Source: Eledone cirrhosa (taxonomy: Eukaryota). From it: DNA of 64,000 bases. The DNA is taken from the NCBI GenBank assembly GCA_964016885.1, contig OZ024741.1:119412001-119476000 (forward strand), given 5' to 3'. A model generated the notes under the pieces. That model saw only the letters and a list, made by a program, of their open reading frames with translations. It had not been told where the DNA came from and did not search any database. Both the position numbers and the translations under genes were made by a program. This document shows, in pieces, positions 13,505 to 26,529 of the stretch (the first letter of the stretch is position 1; each line of letters starts with the position of its first letter).

Positions 13505-13920
13505 CCCTTTTATACAAACCCTGCCAAAACTGACCCTAGCTCTGTCCCAATTAGGTTAAAGTCTGTTCTAAGCCGAAGGCTCATCAAGCTGGTGCTAATC
13601 TCCAGTTTCCTTGGCGATAAGCAACTGAGAATACAAGACTCTCCCTGGATAGGATGCCAGTCTATCTCAGGATTAACTCCCCAGTTACTGCTGATACTCA
13701 CTCTTAGCTAGCTCTGTCCCTTTTATACAAACCCAACAAAAACTACCCCTAGCTCTATCCGTTTTATATAAACCTGTCGAAAAGCAACCTAGCTCTATCA
13801 CTTTTATACAAACCCAGCTAAATCCAACCCTAGCTCTATCCTTAAATTATACAAACCCAGCCAAATCCAACCCTAGCGTTGTCCCTTTCATACAAAACCA
13901 GCCAAAACTGCCCCTAGTTC
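13505..13920. repeat. Degenerate minisatellite of about 39 bp, interrupted by a SINE fragment (13549-13707, minus)
   Basis: Unit ccttttatacaaacccagccaaaactgaccctagctctgt; the SINE is flanked by ctagctctgtccc at 13536-13548 and 13708-13720 (candidate 13-bp TSD). Confidence 0.75.
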
Positions 13921-14700
13921 AGTGAAACAAAGCCATCTATTTAATCCTTTTGTGACCATATTTCTGTTTAATGTTTTCATTATCATTTTTAATGAAAGAT
14001 GTTGCCTATGGTTTTCAAATTATTTTGGAAATATTGAAGAATTTAAAGGAGTTTAGTAAAATAACTTTTTGATTATTAACACCTTTGCAACCAAATTTCT
14101 AATGAAATACTTGCTATTTCAATTAATTAACAATTTTTGAGAGATTTATTAAAATCATGAATTATTTCATTACTGAAATAGTAACCAAACATATGATTCT
14201 TATATAAAATTAAGCTGGAAGATTTTAATTTAAATAGGAATCTTTTTTTGTGACCATATTTCTAATGAAATATACTCTATTTCAATTAATTAATTAAGAA
14301 TTCTGAGGAATTTACTAAAATTATTAATCATTTTATTACAAAGATAGTAACTTAACATAGTTTTTATATAAAATTATGTTGGAAAATTTTGATTTAAATA
14401 GAAAACTTTCAAAATGTATAGGGCTGGTTTTGAGGTAGATAGTTATGAAAAGAGTTTTAAAATAACAGAATTTTAAAAGAACTACACATGAAACTATTAT
14501 TTTAGTAATGAAATAATTAACCCTTTTAGTAAATCATTCTACTTTCTTCCTTAATTAATTGAAATGTAGTGTATTTCTATTGAAATATGGTCTCAAAACA
14601 GTTAATAATTTGGAGCTATACCTGTTTCACAAGTGACTTCATCTGAGACCATTGTGCATTGAAACTAAAGCCCTCACATCATAGAAGAGCCGATTTAACA

Positions 14701-14771
<71 letters not shown>

Positions 14772-14775
<4 letters not shown>

Positions 14776-16640
14776 TGATAATTAGCGACCTCATAGTCAG
14801 GACGAGACGTACTCGACAGCAGAAGAGGGCTATCCTCAGGAGAAAAGTATGGAAGCTAAAGGACCCCACAGCCAGAAATAAATTTCAAAGCATATTACTT
14901 GATGCTTTCGACAGTAAGGAAGAACATTTAGAGTCGGACAATATAGAGGGACAGTGGGAATTTCTGAAAGCAAACTTGCTGTTGGCGACAGACGAAGTCT
15001 GTGGCTGGAGCAGGCCTGTAGGCAGGAGGAGAGTAACATGGTGGTGGAACAGTAAGGTGGAGGGGTCAATTAAGGCCAAAAAGCAGGCTTGGAAAGTATG
15101 GCGGGATGGGGGAAGTAGAGTAGACTATCAAGTGGCCAGGAGGGAAGCTAGGAGACAAGTGTACTTAGCAAGAAGGGAAGCTGAGGAAAGAAAGTTCAAG
15201 CATGTTCTACAACGCGATGACCAAAAACGTGAGGTGTTCAGGATTGCTAGGCAATGCGTCAAGGAAAACCGTGATATTGTCGGGGAGAAGTGTGTACTTA
15301 ACGATGATGGCATACTTGCCATCACCGACACTGATAAGAAGGTAGCTTGGAAGTGTCACTATGAAAGGCTACTAAATGAGGAGAATAAATGGGAGAAAGA
15401 CAGTCTCCCCCATATCGACTCAATAGAGGGACCAGCAGTGTTAGTCGAGGGGAGTATAATAAGTAAGGCAATCAAGGATATGAAGACGGGTAAGGCGGCT
15501 GGGCCTTCGGAAATAGTTGCTGAGATGCTGAAGGCATCTGGCACGGTGGGACACACCATGGTCACCCGCATAGTTAACCAAGTCGTACAGAATGGGGTTG
15601 TTCCGAAGGACTGGCATAGCAGCATCATCGTTAACTGTTATAAGGGTAAAGGAGACGCCCTAGATAGGAGTAACTATAGAGGCATTAAATTAATCGACCA
15701 GGTCATGAAGGTCACGGAAAAAGTAGTAGCGCAACTAATCAGAGAGAGAATTGACCTAGATGAAATGCAGTTCGGGTTTGTGTCAGGCAAAAGTACCACA
15801 GACGCTCTTTTCATAGTACGACAACTACAGGAGAAGTACCTAGCTAAAGGTAAACCCCTCTACTTAGCTTTTGTCGACTTGGAGAAAGCCTTCGACAGAG
15901 TCCCCCGCTCCATTATCTGGTGGGCTCTTAGAAAACTAGGCGTTGACGAATGGCTTGTGAGGGCTATACAAGCCATGTATAAAGAAACAGTCAGCAAGGT
16001 TAGAATTAACAACGAATATAGTGAAGAGTTTAGCGTAAAAGTTGGCGTCCATCAGGGCTCTGTTCTCAGCCCCCTACTATTTATTATTGCCCTTCAGGCT
16101 ATAACAGAGGAGTTCAAGACAGGCTGCCCATGGGAACTCCTATACGCAGACGACCTGACACTCATAGCGGAATCAATGGCCGAGCTAGAGAAGAAATTCC
16201 AAACATGGAAGCACGGCCTAGAGTCAAAAGGACTTAAAATTAACCTGGCTAAGACCAAAGTTCTAGTTTGTAGGAAAGAAAACAAGGCGGCGGTCCCTTC
16301 TGGGAAATGGTCGTGCTCGGTGTGTAGGAAAGGCGTAGGTAGAAACTCCATTTTATGTCCTAAATGCAAAGTATGGGTGCATAAAAGATGTAGTGGGATC
16401 ACAGGTAAGCTAACTAAGAACATAGATTTTACATGTGGCCGGTGTTCTGGTGCAATAAGTAGCAGCAAGTGCCCACAAAATACTAGCTCTTTCAATTGCG
16501 CACAGGGTTCTATAGAAATAGTGGACAGCTTCCGTTACCTGGGCGATAAAATCAGCAGTGGGGGAGGGTGCTCTGAAAGTACTGTAGCTAGAGTCAGAAC
16601 TGGTTGGAAAAAGTTCAGAGAGCTTATACCACTATTAGCT
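14772..16640 (+). mobile_element. RTE family A internal fragment (RT with PHD finger), inverted partner of 16641-18357
   Basis: ORF 14706..16718 has the RT motifs QFGF, FVDLEKAFDRV, GVHQGSVLSP, YADD and C4HC3; it begins at a (TG)n(TA)n tract. Confidence 0.95.
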
Positions 16641-19600
16641 GCTAGTATTTTGTGGGCACTTGCTGCTACTTATTGCACCAGAACACCGGCCACATGTAAA
16701 ATCTATGTTCTTAGTTAGCTTACCTGTGATCCCACTACATCTTTTATGCCCCCATACTTTGCATTTAGGACATAAAATGGAGTTTCTACCTACGCTTTTC
16801 CTACACACCGAGCACGACCATTTCCCAGAAGGGACCGCCGCCTTGTTTTCTTTCCTACAAACTAGTACTTTGGTCTTAGCCAGGTTAATTTTAAGTCCTT
16901 TTGACTCTAGGCCGTGCTTCCATGTTTGGAATTTCTTCTCTAGCTCGGCCATTGATTCCGCTATGAGTGTCAGGTCGTCTGCGTATAGGAGTTCCCATGG
17001 GCAGCCTGTCTTGAACTCCTCTGTTATAGCCTGAAGGGCAATAATAAATAGTAGGGGGCTGAGAACAGAGCCCTGATGGACGCCAACTTTTACGCTAAAC
17101 TCTTCACTATATTCGTTGTTAATTCTAACCTTGCTGACTGTTTCTTTATACATGGCTTGTATAGCCCTCTCAAGCCATTCGTCAACGCCTAGTTTTCTAA
17201 GAGCCCACCAGATAATGGAGCGGGGGACTCTGTCGAAGGCTTTCTCCAAGTCGACAAAAGCTAAGTAGAGGGGTTTACCTTTAGCTAGGTACTTCTCCTG
17301 TAGTTGTCGTACTATGAAAAGAGCGTCTGTGGTACTTTTGCCTGACACAAACCCGAACTGCATTTCATCTAGGTCAATTCTCTCTCTGATTAGTTGCGCT
17401 ATTACTTTTTCCGTGACCTTCATGACCTGGTCGATTAATTTAATGCCTCTATAGTTACTCCTATCTAGGGCGTCTCCTTTACCCTTATAACAGTTAACGA
17501 TGATGCTGCTATGCCAGTCCTTCGGAACAACCCCATTCTGTACGACTTGGTTAACTATGCGGGTGACCATGGTGTGTCCCACCGTGCCAGATGCCTTCAG
17601 CATCTCAGCAACTATTTCCGAAGGCCCAGCCGCCTTACCCGTCTTCATATCCTTGATTGCCTTACTTATTATACTCCCCTCGACTAACACTGCTGGTCCC
17701 TCTATTGGGTCGATATGGGGGAGACTGTCTTTCTCCCATTTATTCTCCTCATTTAGTAGCCTTTCATAGTGACACTTCCAAGCTACCTTCTTATCAGCGT
17801 CGGTGATGGCAAGTGTGCCATCGTCGTTTAGTACACACTTCTCCCCGACAATATCACGGTTTTCCTTGACGCATTGCCTAGCAATCCTGAACACCTCACG
17901 TTTTTGGTCATCGCGTTGTAGAACATGCTTGAACTTTCTTTCCTCAGCTTCCCTTCTTGCTAAGTACACTTGTCTCCTAGCTTCCCTCCTGGCCACTTGA
18001 TAGTCTTCTCTACTTCCCCCATCCCGCCATACTTTCCAAGCCTGCTTTTTGGCCTTAATTGACCCCCTCCACCTTACTGTTCCACCACCATGTTACTCTC
18101 CTCCTGCCTACAGGCCTGCTCCAGCCACAGACTTCGTCTGTCGCCAACAGCAGGTTTGCTTTCAGAAATTCCCACTCTCCCTCTATATTGTCCGACTCTA
18201 AATGTTCTTCCTTACTGTCGAAAGCATCAAGTAATATGCTTTGAAATTTATTCCTGGCTGTGGGGTCCTTTAGCTTCCATATTTTTCTCCTGAGGATAGT
18301 CCTCTTCTGCTGTCGAGTACGTCTCGTCCTGACTATGAGGTCGCTAATTATCAGTCTATGTTGGGAGGTGCATTCTTCATGGGGGAGGGATTTAGTGTTT
18401 ACAACAGACACTCTGTCACGTCTTCTGGTAAGGATATAATCTATCTGGCTTGTGTGTTCCCCGGATCTATAGGTGATCAGGTGATTGTCACGTTTTTTGA
18501 AGTTAGTGTTACAGATAGTTAGGTTATTTGCATCACAGAATTCCAGGATTCTGGAGCCTTCTTCATTTCTAGTACCAAACCCATAGCCTCCATGGATTTC
18601 GTCGTAGCCGTCACAATGTTGTCCAACGTGACCATTTAGGTCGCCTGCGATAATTATATAGTCACTGTCGGATATTTGGGTGGTAGTTAGCATCAGTGTC
18701 TCATAGAATCTGTCTTTTATAGTGCCAGGCAGTCCGGATTGGGGTGCGTACGCAGATATTACTGTCACCGTAGTTCTATTGAGGACAAGTCGTATTTTAA
18801 TTATTCTGTCGTTCACTCTATTTACGTCTATTATCTTATCTGCCCACTTTTCTGCTACCATGATTCCTACTCCACCCAGCCCATCGTCGTTTCCCACCCA
18901 GAAAAGCTTATAACATCGTTTTTTACCCTCAATGAACCTAGCAGACCCACCCCTCCACCTGGTCTCTTGAATACAACAAACATCGACCTCCTTACGTTCA
19001 AGCATTTCTACAACCTTGTTAGCGCGACCCTTTAGGGTGCCTACATTTATGGTACCAACTCTGAAGTTTTGGATTGCGTTTGGGGGTTGGGGGCGGTGGG
19101 GGGCGGGGGGCGATGGGGTTATGTTAGCCGTCCGCGGTCGAAACAATGAGGAGTGCTCGCATTCTCGTCCAAGAGGTGAATCTGTCTTTATCTTTGGCAT
19201 TGCCGCTGAGCGTCCAGATTTTTCTCTCTCTCCTCCACTTTCCAGGATTCCGCAGTCCATCCATCCATCATATATCGAAAGGCAACCAGGCAAGCGATAG
19301 TATAGGCCTCTGGCTTCTGATTGGTCCGCGTAATAATACTGGTGATGCGTGGGGGCTCTGGCTTATGATTGGTCCACGTAATAGCAGTGGTGGTGCGTGG
19401 GGGCGGGAGGGAGGGGTGTTGGGTAGCTAGATAGGAGGTAATGATTTGAATGGGGTCTTTGCACATTTAACAAGCGATTAACAAAAATACAAAATTTGTT
19501 CTGTTCAATACGACCAAAAACTTTCGTATTTAACAATTAATAAATACAAAAAATGTAGATTGTTTTAGCGATAGATTGGCTATTTGGACTTGATACGAAA

Positions 19601-20061
19601 TATGGATTGTTTTGAAAATACGCTAGAATTAGGAAATGAGGAATTAGGATTTGTGGAGGTAGAGATGAAGGAAAATATGTACATTACGTTACATGAATAT
19701 TGTGGGGTAGACAGCAAAGCGATGAAATTTGGCGAAGTGAATTCCTATCATATATATATATAGAGAGAGAGAGAGGGGGGGGGGGGGCATGATGGTTGTG
19801 TGTGTTAGGCGTTTGACCGCCCCATGCCTTCGAAGTAGCGGGTGGGGGGGTCGAGTAAGCGGGAGTTTCGAAAGAAGGAAGAAGGAAAGGATTTTGTTTT
19901 TTTGTTTTGAAAATACGCTAGAATTAGGGATTGAGGTTTGAAAATACGCTAGGAATTAAGGTTTGAAAATACGCTAGATTAAGAATTAAGGAATTTATAA
20001 GAAGGAGAAGAGATAGGAGGTAATGATTTGAATGGGGTCCTTGCACATTTAACAAGCGATT
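16641..20061 (-). mobile_element. RTE family A, 5'-complete and 3'-truncated (APE endonuclease + RT + PHD; one frameshift near 18060)
   Basis: APE motifs (TINVGTL, CIQETRW, SAYAPQ, AGDLNGHVG, SQIDY, SQH) in 18055..19293 and RT in 16635..17996. The 5' region has a 50-bp direct repeat (19430-19480 and 20012-20061); the 5' boundary is uncertain. Confidence 0.93.
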
Positions 20062-20460
20062 GATGTTAATACTAATTAAATTCCTAATAAAGAAATTTAG
20101 TTATCAGTTACTCTAATGCACAGGAAGGACACTTCAATGCAGTAATTTACTAGTATTTTCTTTTATAATGATACACCCCAAATAAGCATGGCTATGTGTT
20201 CAGCCGGTTCTATGTATATTTAACAAGAGTGAAAATATTCCAGGTTAACCTAAGGAAGATTAGAAACTGATTATAATAGTGTAGATGTGCAAAGATCTAC
20301 CTAAGTATAATTAGAGTGTGTAACTAACGAAGAAAAAATTCTATTTCTACCTAAGTATGCTTGGGGTTTCCTCTATCTTCCTTGATTATTACATGCTGAA
20401 ATTACTTTCTTACCCCTACAGATTGCAAGTCTAATACTCTAACCACTAAACCATGCACCT

Positions 20461-20516
<56 letters not shown>

Positions 20517-20606
20517 CATATATACACACACAAATAAAATACAGAGTTATTAACTCATATTGATACCCTGCAATTAAAGAAGCTCAAAGTATAAATACTG
20601 AGCATT

Positions 20607-20840
20607 ATATAGTAATATATGTATAAATAAACACAGTAAATTTTGTGTCTAAAATTACGAGGGTAGTGAATGCCACAAATGTTTTAAATATTTAATCTTA
20701 AACATACAGTAGGATATAATTTTATACTGACCGTATCAAAAATTTTTAAGATTAAATATTTAAAACATTTGTGGCATTCACTACCCTCGTAATTTTAGAC
20801 ACAAAATTGACTGTGTTTATTTATACATATATTACTATAT
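20607..20840. repeat. Fold-back inverted repeat (arms about 95 bp, spacer about 42 bp)
   Basis: 20607-20702 is the reverse complement of 20745-20840 with about one mismatch. Confidence 0.9.
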
Positions 20841-20909
20841 ATATATATATATACAAATAAATAAATAAATATATATACATAAATATTTATGAATAAATAT
20901 ATAAAAATG

Positions 20910-20989
<80 letters not shown>

Positions 20990-21006
20990 GTAAAAATAAA
21001 TAAATA

Positions 21007-21037
<31 letters not shown>

Positions 21038-21508
21038 GCATATATATATTTATATATATATATATATGCATATATATATATGCATATATATATGCATATA
21101 TATATATATATATATATATATGCATATATATATATGCATATATATATATGCATATATATATATATGCACTAAAAATATATATATACGCATATATATATAT
21201 ATGCATATATATATATGCATATATATATATTTATATATATATATGCATATATATATATATATATATATGCATATATATATATATATATGCATATATATAT
21301 ATATATATGCATATATATATATATATATGCATATATATATATATATGCATATATATATATATATATGCATATATATATATATATATATATATGCATATAT
21401 ATATATATGCATATATATATATATGCATATATATATATATATGCATATATATATATATATGCATATATATATATGCATACATATATATATGCATACATAT
21501 ATATATGC

Positions 21509-21575
<67 letters not shown>

Positions 21576-21587
21576 TATATATATATA
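20835..21587. repeat. (TA)n microsatellite with periodic ATGC interruptions
   Basis: Seen directly; starts about 14 nt after the exon donor at 21601. Confidence 0.95.
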
Positions 21588-21601
21588 ATTGGTTATCTTA
21601 C

Positions 21602-22025
21602 CAATTAAAAGATACAGTATTGTTGAAAGTGTAAACCGAAACACCCAGTTTTGTGGGACCACAGGGTCAGTGTCTGGGGCAGTAAAGCTGGAACTGGCAT
21701 CATTGTATGCAAGATTTTCAAAACCGACAACTTTGAGTAGGAACAGGAGTGCTAGCAGCTGGAATTTGGTGTCGATACGTCTGCTCGTTTGTAATTCCAC
21801 CCATTCATTGGCAATAAATAAAATCCTCCAAGCTGACACAGTGGCATCTTTCTGGTTACTTTTAGGTTTTTCCCAGTCAATGAGAAATATATCTATAGTA
21901 CACTGTCGAACAAGGAGCTGAAGAATGTGGAAAAATTTCAAGACAAATGTGACCACTATTAATGTTGAAAACTTTTCTGTCAATGATTGACTGGAGAGAG
22001 GTAGAATTATCACTATATTCTGTTG
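21602..22025 (-). CDS. TMEM67: TMEM67 coding exon (QQNIVIILP...[12 protein letters not shown]...[17 protein letters not shown]...VVGFENLA...YLLI)
   Basis: ttcAG/GTaaga borders, 424 nt, phase 0 to 1; IDxFxIDWE and WRxxFxANEWxExQ are meckelin signatures. Confidence 0.97.
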
Positions 22026-22402
22026 CTGAAACAGACAAATGGAAGGAAAATTTCTTCTCTGTTGTTCATAAAATACATGAAAAATATGCAACAAAATATT
22101 TTGAACAAAAATTGTATAAAGGGAAAAAATTTCTTTCTCTCAATTTTCATTTTATCTAAAAATTTCTGATCTGTAAAGTTGGAGACAATATAGGATGGAA
22201 AAGACTCTTTAGTCTTGTCAAGGATGTGACAATTTTTCTAATGCTGGTACCTCAATAAAATGCAGCCAGTACACTTTATGAAGTAGTTACTGTTAAAAAG
22301 AGCATCCAGCTGTAGAAACCATGCATAAATTGGAATGTATAAACATGAAGTTTATGTTGATTAGCATACACACATGTATGTATGTGTGTGAGTGTGTGTA
22401 TG

Positions 22403-22433
<31 letters not shown>

Positions 22434-22434
<1 letters not shown>

Positions 22435-22785
22435 CAAGAAAGAGGTATAAGGATTTCTTGAAAGCCTCTTTGAAAGACACTAACATCTCTGCTGATACAT
22501 GGGAAAATGTTGCTGCTGATCGATGAACTCCAACCACAGCCGTGAATGTTTTGGTTGCAGACTCTGTGCAAGACATTTTAGATCATTGGCTGGGCTAAAA
22601 AGCCACATTCGATTGCAGCGCTGTAAATTGCTATCGTGTGTGTGTATGTATAGATATGTTTGTGTGTGTGTATATATATATGTATATTATTATTGTTGTT
22701 GTTGTCGTTATTATTATTGTTGTTATTATGTTGTTTTTTTCTCGTGCAATGGCCATACTCGATAACGAGGGGGCAGCCATCATTA
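22434..22785 (+). mobile_element. 3' fragment of a different RTE/BovB-like LINE with a C-terminal C2H2-type finger
   Basis: Encodes KKRYKDFLKASLKDTNISADTWENVAADR and CRLCARHFRSLAGLKSHIR; tail ggccatactcgataacgagggggcagcc. Confidence 0.7.
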
Positions 22786-22822
22786 TATATATATATATAT
22801 ATATACATACATATATATATAC

Positions 22823-25800
22823 AGGAAAAAGAACAAGAATATGAAGATGTCGCATCTCAGGGTTGCAACATTTAATGTTGGCACTCTCACAGGTAGATCT
22901 GGTGAAATAGTAGAGATGCTGGAGAGAAGGCATGTGGATGTGTGCTGCGTGCAAGAGGTGAGATGGAGAGGTGCCGCTGCGAGACTAATCACAAGCAAAC
23001 ATTTTAGTTATAAGCTTTTCTGGGTGGGTAATGATGATGGGTTAGGTGGAGTAGGCATTTTCCTGGCTAGATGGATCGATAAGACAGTAGGTAGTTCGAG
23101 TTAGTAATAGAATAATTAAGCTTAGATTAGTTGTAGGCAGGAGACTACTGACGATCATCTCTGCCTATGCTCCCCAGGCAGGCCTAGGTAAAGAAAAGAA
23201 AGACTGCTTTTCCGAGCACCTTTTACAAACAGCCGTAATGACAGAGGACGGAGACATTGTTATGCTAGCAGGGGACTTCAATGGTCATGTTGGACAGCTC
23301 CAGGATGGTTACACTGGGGTACATGGTGGGCACGGTTACGGCTCAAGAAATGAAGAAGGAGTGAGACTTCTTGAATTTTGTGATGCAAGTGCACTAACTT
23401 CCGGAAACCTGCCAACCACCTAGTAACCTACAAACCAGGCGAGCACATAAACCAGATTGACTTCTTGCTAGTTAGGCAGCGGGACAGAAAGATGGTGTCA
23501 AATACCAAGGCATACCCCGGGGAAGAATGTACCCCATAGCATAGGTTAGGCGTTAGTGATATCTCAGTAAGCAAGAGATGGAATGAGACATACAGGAAGG
23601 TGTGGAGAAGAAAGGTCTGGAAGCTAAAAGACCTTTCACTAAAATACAAATTTAGGAAAGCCCTTCAAGATGTGTATGACGAAAAAGAAGACGATTTAGA
23701 GTTGTATGACATAGATAACTGAAATTTCTTACGTGACAACTTACTGCAGGCTACTGAAGAAACTTGTGGCTGGAGCAGAGCTCCAACCAGACAGAGAGTG
23801 ACCTGGTGGTGGAACAGCACGGTAGATAGGGCCATTAGAGACAAAAGACTAGCATGGAATGCTTGGAAAAATGGTGGGAATAGAGAAGGATATACAGCCG
23901 CTAAGAGAGAAGCTAGACGTGAAGTGTACTTAGCACGCAGGGAGGCTGAGAGTAGGTTTGCCAATGTTCTGCGACGGGAAGATCAGAGAGGTGCAGTGTT
24001 CCACATTGCAAGGCAGTGTGTCAGTGCAAATCAGGATGTTGTTGGAGATAAATGTGTCCGGAATGATGCCGGTGTACTTTGTGTCACGAATGATCAGAAA
24101 AAGGAGGCCTGGAAATGTTATTATGAGAGACTGATGAATGTGGAGAACGAATGGGAGAGAGAGAAATTACCCCCAGTAGATCCGACAGAGGGACCAGCTA
24201 TTGAGATTGACGAATATAGTGTCCAAGAAGCGATTAAGGAAATGAAAAATGATAAGGCCGCTGGACCGTCAAGGATAGTTGCTGAGAAGCTGAAGGCATC
24301 AGGGGATGTAGGCACTAAACTGGTTGCACGTATCATCAATCAGGCTATATATGGTGGTGTCATACCCAAAGACTGGTACAGCAGTATTCTCATAAATTGC
24401 TACAAAGGTAAAGGGGATGCTCTGGAGAGGAGCAATTATAGGAGCATAAAACTGATGGATCAGGTTATGAAAGTGGCAGAACGGATATTAGCGCAACTAA
24501 TTAGAGAAAGGGTCAAACTAGATGAGATGCAGTTTGGTTTTGTGCCTGGGAAAAGTACAACAGATGCCCTCTTCTTAGTGAGACAACTACAAGATAGGTT
24601 CTTAGAGAAGAACAAGCCACTATATATAGGTGTTGAGGAATGGTTTGTGAGGACAGTGGAAGCTTTGTACAGAGGTGCTGTCAGTAAAGTGAGGGTAGGA
24701 ATGGAGTTTAGTGAGGAATTCCAGATACAAGTAGGAGCACATCAGTGTTCGTTCCTCAGCCTGCTCTTGTTCATTATAGTCCTCCAGGCCATAACGGAGG
24801 AGTTTAAGACTGGCTGTCCATGGGAACTTCTCTATGCTGACAATCTGGTTCTTATAGCAGAATCAGTAGAGGAGCTGGAGAATAAATTCTGGCTATGGAA
24901 ACAGCAGTTGGAATCAAGGGGACTGAGAGTGAACCTAGCTAAGACAAAAGTGTTGATGAGTAGAAAAGAGGACAAAACTCTGATTCCGTCAGGGAAATGG
25001 CCATGTTCAATATGCAGAAAAGGAACTGGCATAAATTCTATAAAATGTATGAAATGCAGATCTTGGGTACACAAGTGGGATAGCGGGCAAACTAATAGGT
25101 AGGGAGAAATACGTATGCAGTAGATGTACAGGGAAATTTGACAGTAGAAGTCGCATTCATAGACACATTTTTCAAATGCAGGTGGGTGCTATAGAAGTGG
25201 TTGATAGCTTCCGGTACCTAGGTGATCAGATTAGCATGGGAGAGGGGTGTTCCGAGACCATAGTATCTAGAATAAGGACGGGTTGGAAGAAGTTTAGGGA
25301 GCTACTTCCTCTGCTGACGAAGAAGGGTTTCTCCCTACGTACAAAAGGCCGGTTATATGATTCCTGTGTGAGGTGCGCAATACTGCATGGTAGTGAGACA
25401 TGGGCAGCAACTGCAGAGGATATGCAACAGCTGGAGAGAAATGAGGCAAGCGTGCTCCGTTGGATGTGCAATGTCAATGTGTGTGAACGACCGAGCATGG
25501 ATGTGTTGAGAGAGAAACTGTGTCTGAGAGGGATCAACTGTAGTGTGCAGGAGAGGAGAGGAGACTGCGATGGTATGGACATGTGATGCGCATGGAGGAT
25601 GACTGATGGGTGAAGAAATGCCAAGAAATGCCAGTTGAAGGAAGACGTAGTAGAGGAAGACCAAAAAAACATGGGCGGGGGGGGGGGGTGAGAGCAGACC
25701 TCAAATCGCTGAAGCTGACGGTGGAGATGACGAAGGACCATGACAAGTGGAGAGATGCTGTGCTGAATAGAACCCGTCCCACCCTTGCAAGCAGGGAAAA

Positions 25801-25828
25801 GCGGATGTAAAATGATGATGATGATGAT
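22823..25828 (+). mobile_element. RTE family C, near full-length, degenerate (stops, frameshifts, YADN)
   Basis: APE fragments 22841-23550, RT 23798..25102, PHD-type Cys motif; the ORF ends TRPTLASREKRM* directly in the (ATG)n tail; flanked by TA tracts. Confidence 0.93.
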
Positions 25829-25884
25829 AGATATATATATAGTAATAATAAATACAAAGCCTAAATCCAAAGAGAGCTCGACAA

Positions 25885-25920
<36 letters not shown>

Positions 25921-25945
25921 ATATATATATAGGTATATATATATA

Positions 25946-25980
<35 letters not shown>

Positions 25981-25982
<2 letters not shown>

Positions 25983-26304
25983 CATCATCATTTCATTTTA
26001 CGTCCGCTTTTTCCCTGCTTGCAAGGGTGGGACGGGAACTAATTTTGGCTTGATTTCTTCCTAACACCAACCTCATTTACAGTGAGTGCTGGGTGCTTTT
26101 TTGCCGTGACACCTCCACGACCACTTTGCAGTGGAATGATATGGACCCCAGTCCCTATCATCTCATTTCTATAGCTGAGTAAACTGGAGCAATGTGAAAT
26201 AAAGTGTCTTGCTCAAGGAAACAACACATCACCCAGTCTGAGAGTTGAACTCACAACCTTTCGATTGCAAGGCCAATGCTCTAACCACTAAGCCATGTGC
26301 CTCC
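25981..26304 (-). mobile_element. tRNA-derived SINE with an RTE family C tail
   Basis: A box tggcttagtgg, B-box-like gagttcaactc, ccttgagcaagacactt core; tail nearly identical to 25771-25828. Confidence 0.9.
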
Positions 26305-26529
26305 ATAAATATAAACGCACAAACACAGACACACTTACAAAAATACTCACTCAGAGACATACATTCACACAAACACACATACAGCATAACAAATGGAATG
26401 GCAACCACTATTTTGCTATAGCTGTTTCACCAGCCCCTTCCTTCCTTTTACACACACACATACATTCACACAGGCAGCAGATGTATGGGGTAGTCAAACT
26501 ACTCCTCTCTATTTATGTGCCAAAAATAT

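Noticed and set aside
19294-20061. HDV-like ribozyme in the RTE family A 5' region
   Set aside because: Known for some RTEs, but I could not build the nested double pseudoknot by eye; needs a descriptor search.
20835-21608. Long YI/IY-rich ORFs here and at 37571-38054, 40092-40359 and 52641-52920
   Set aside because: Translations of stop-free (TA)n microsatellites.
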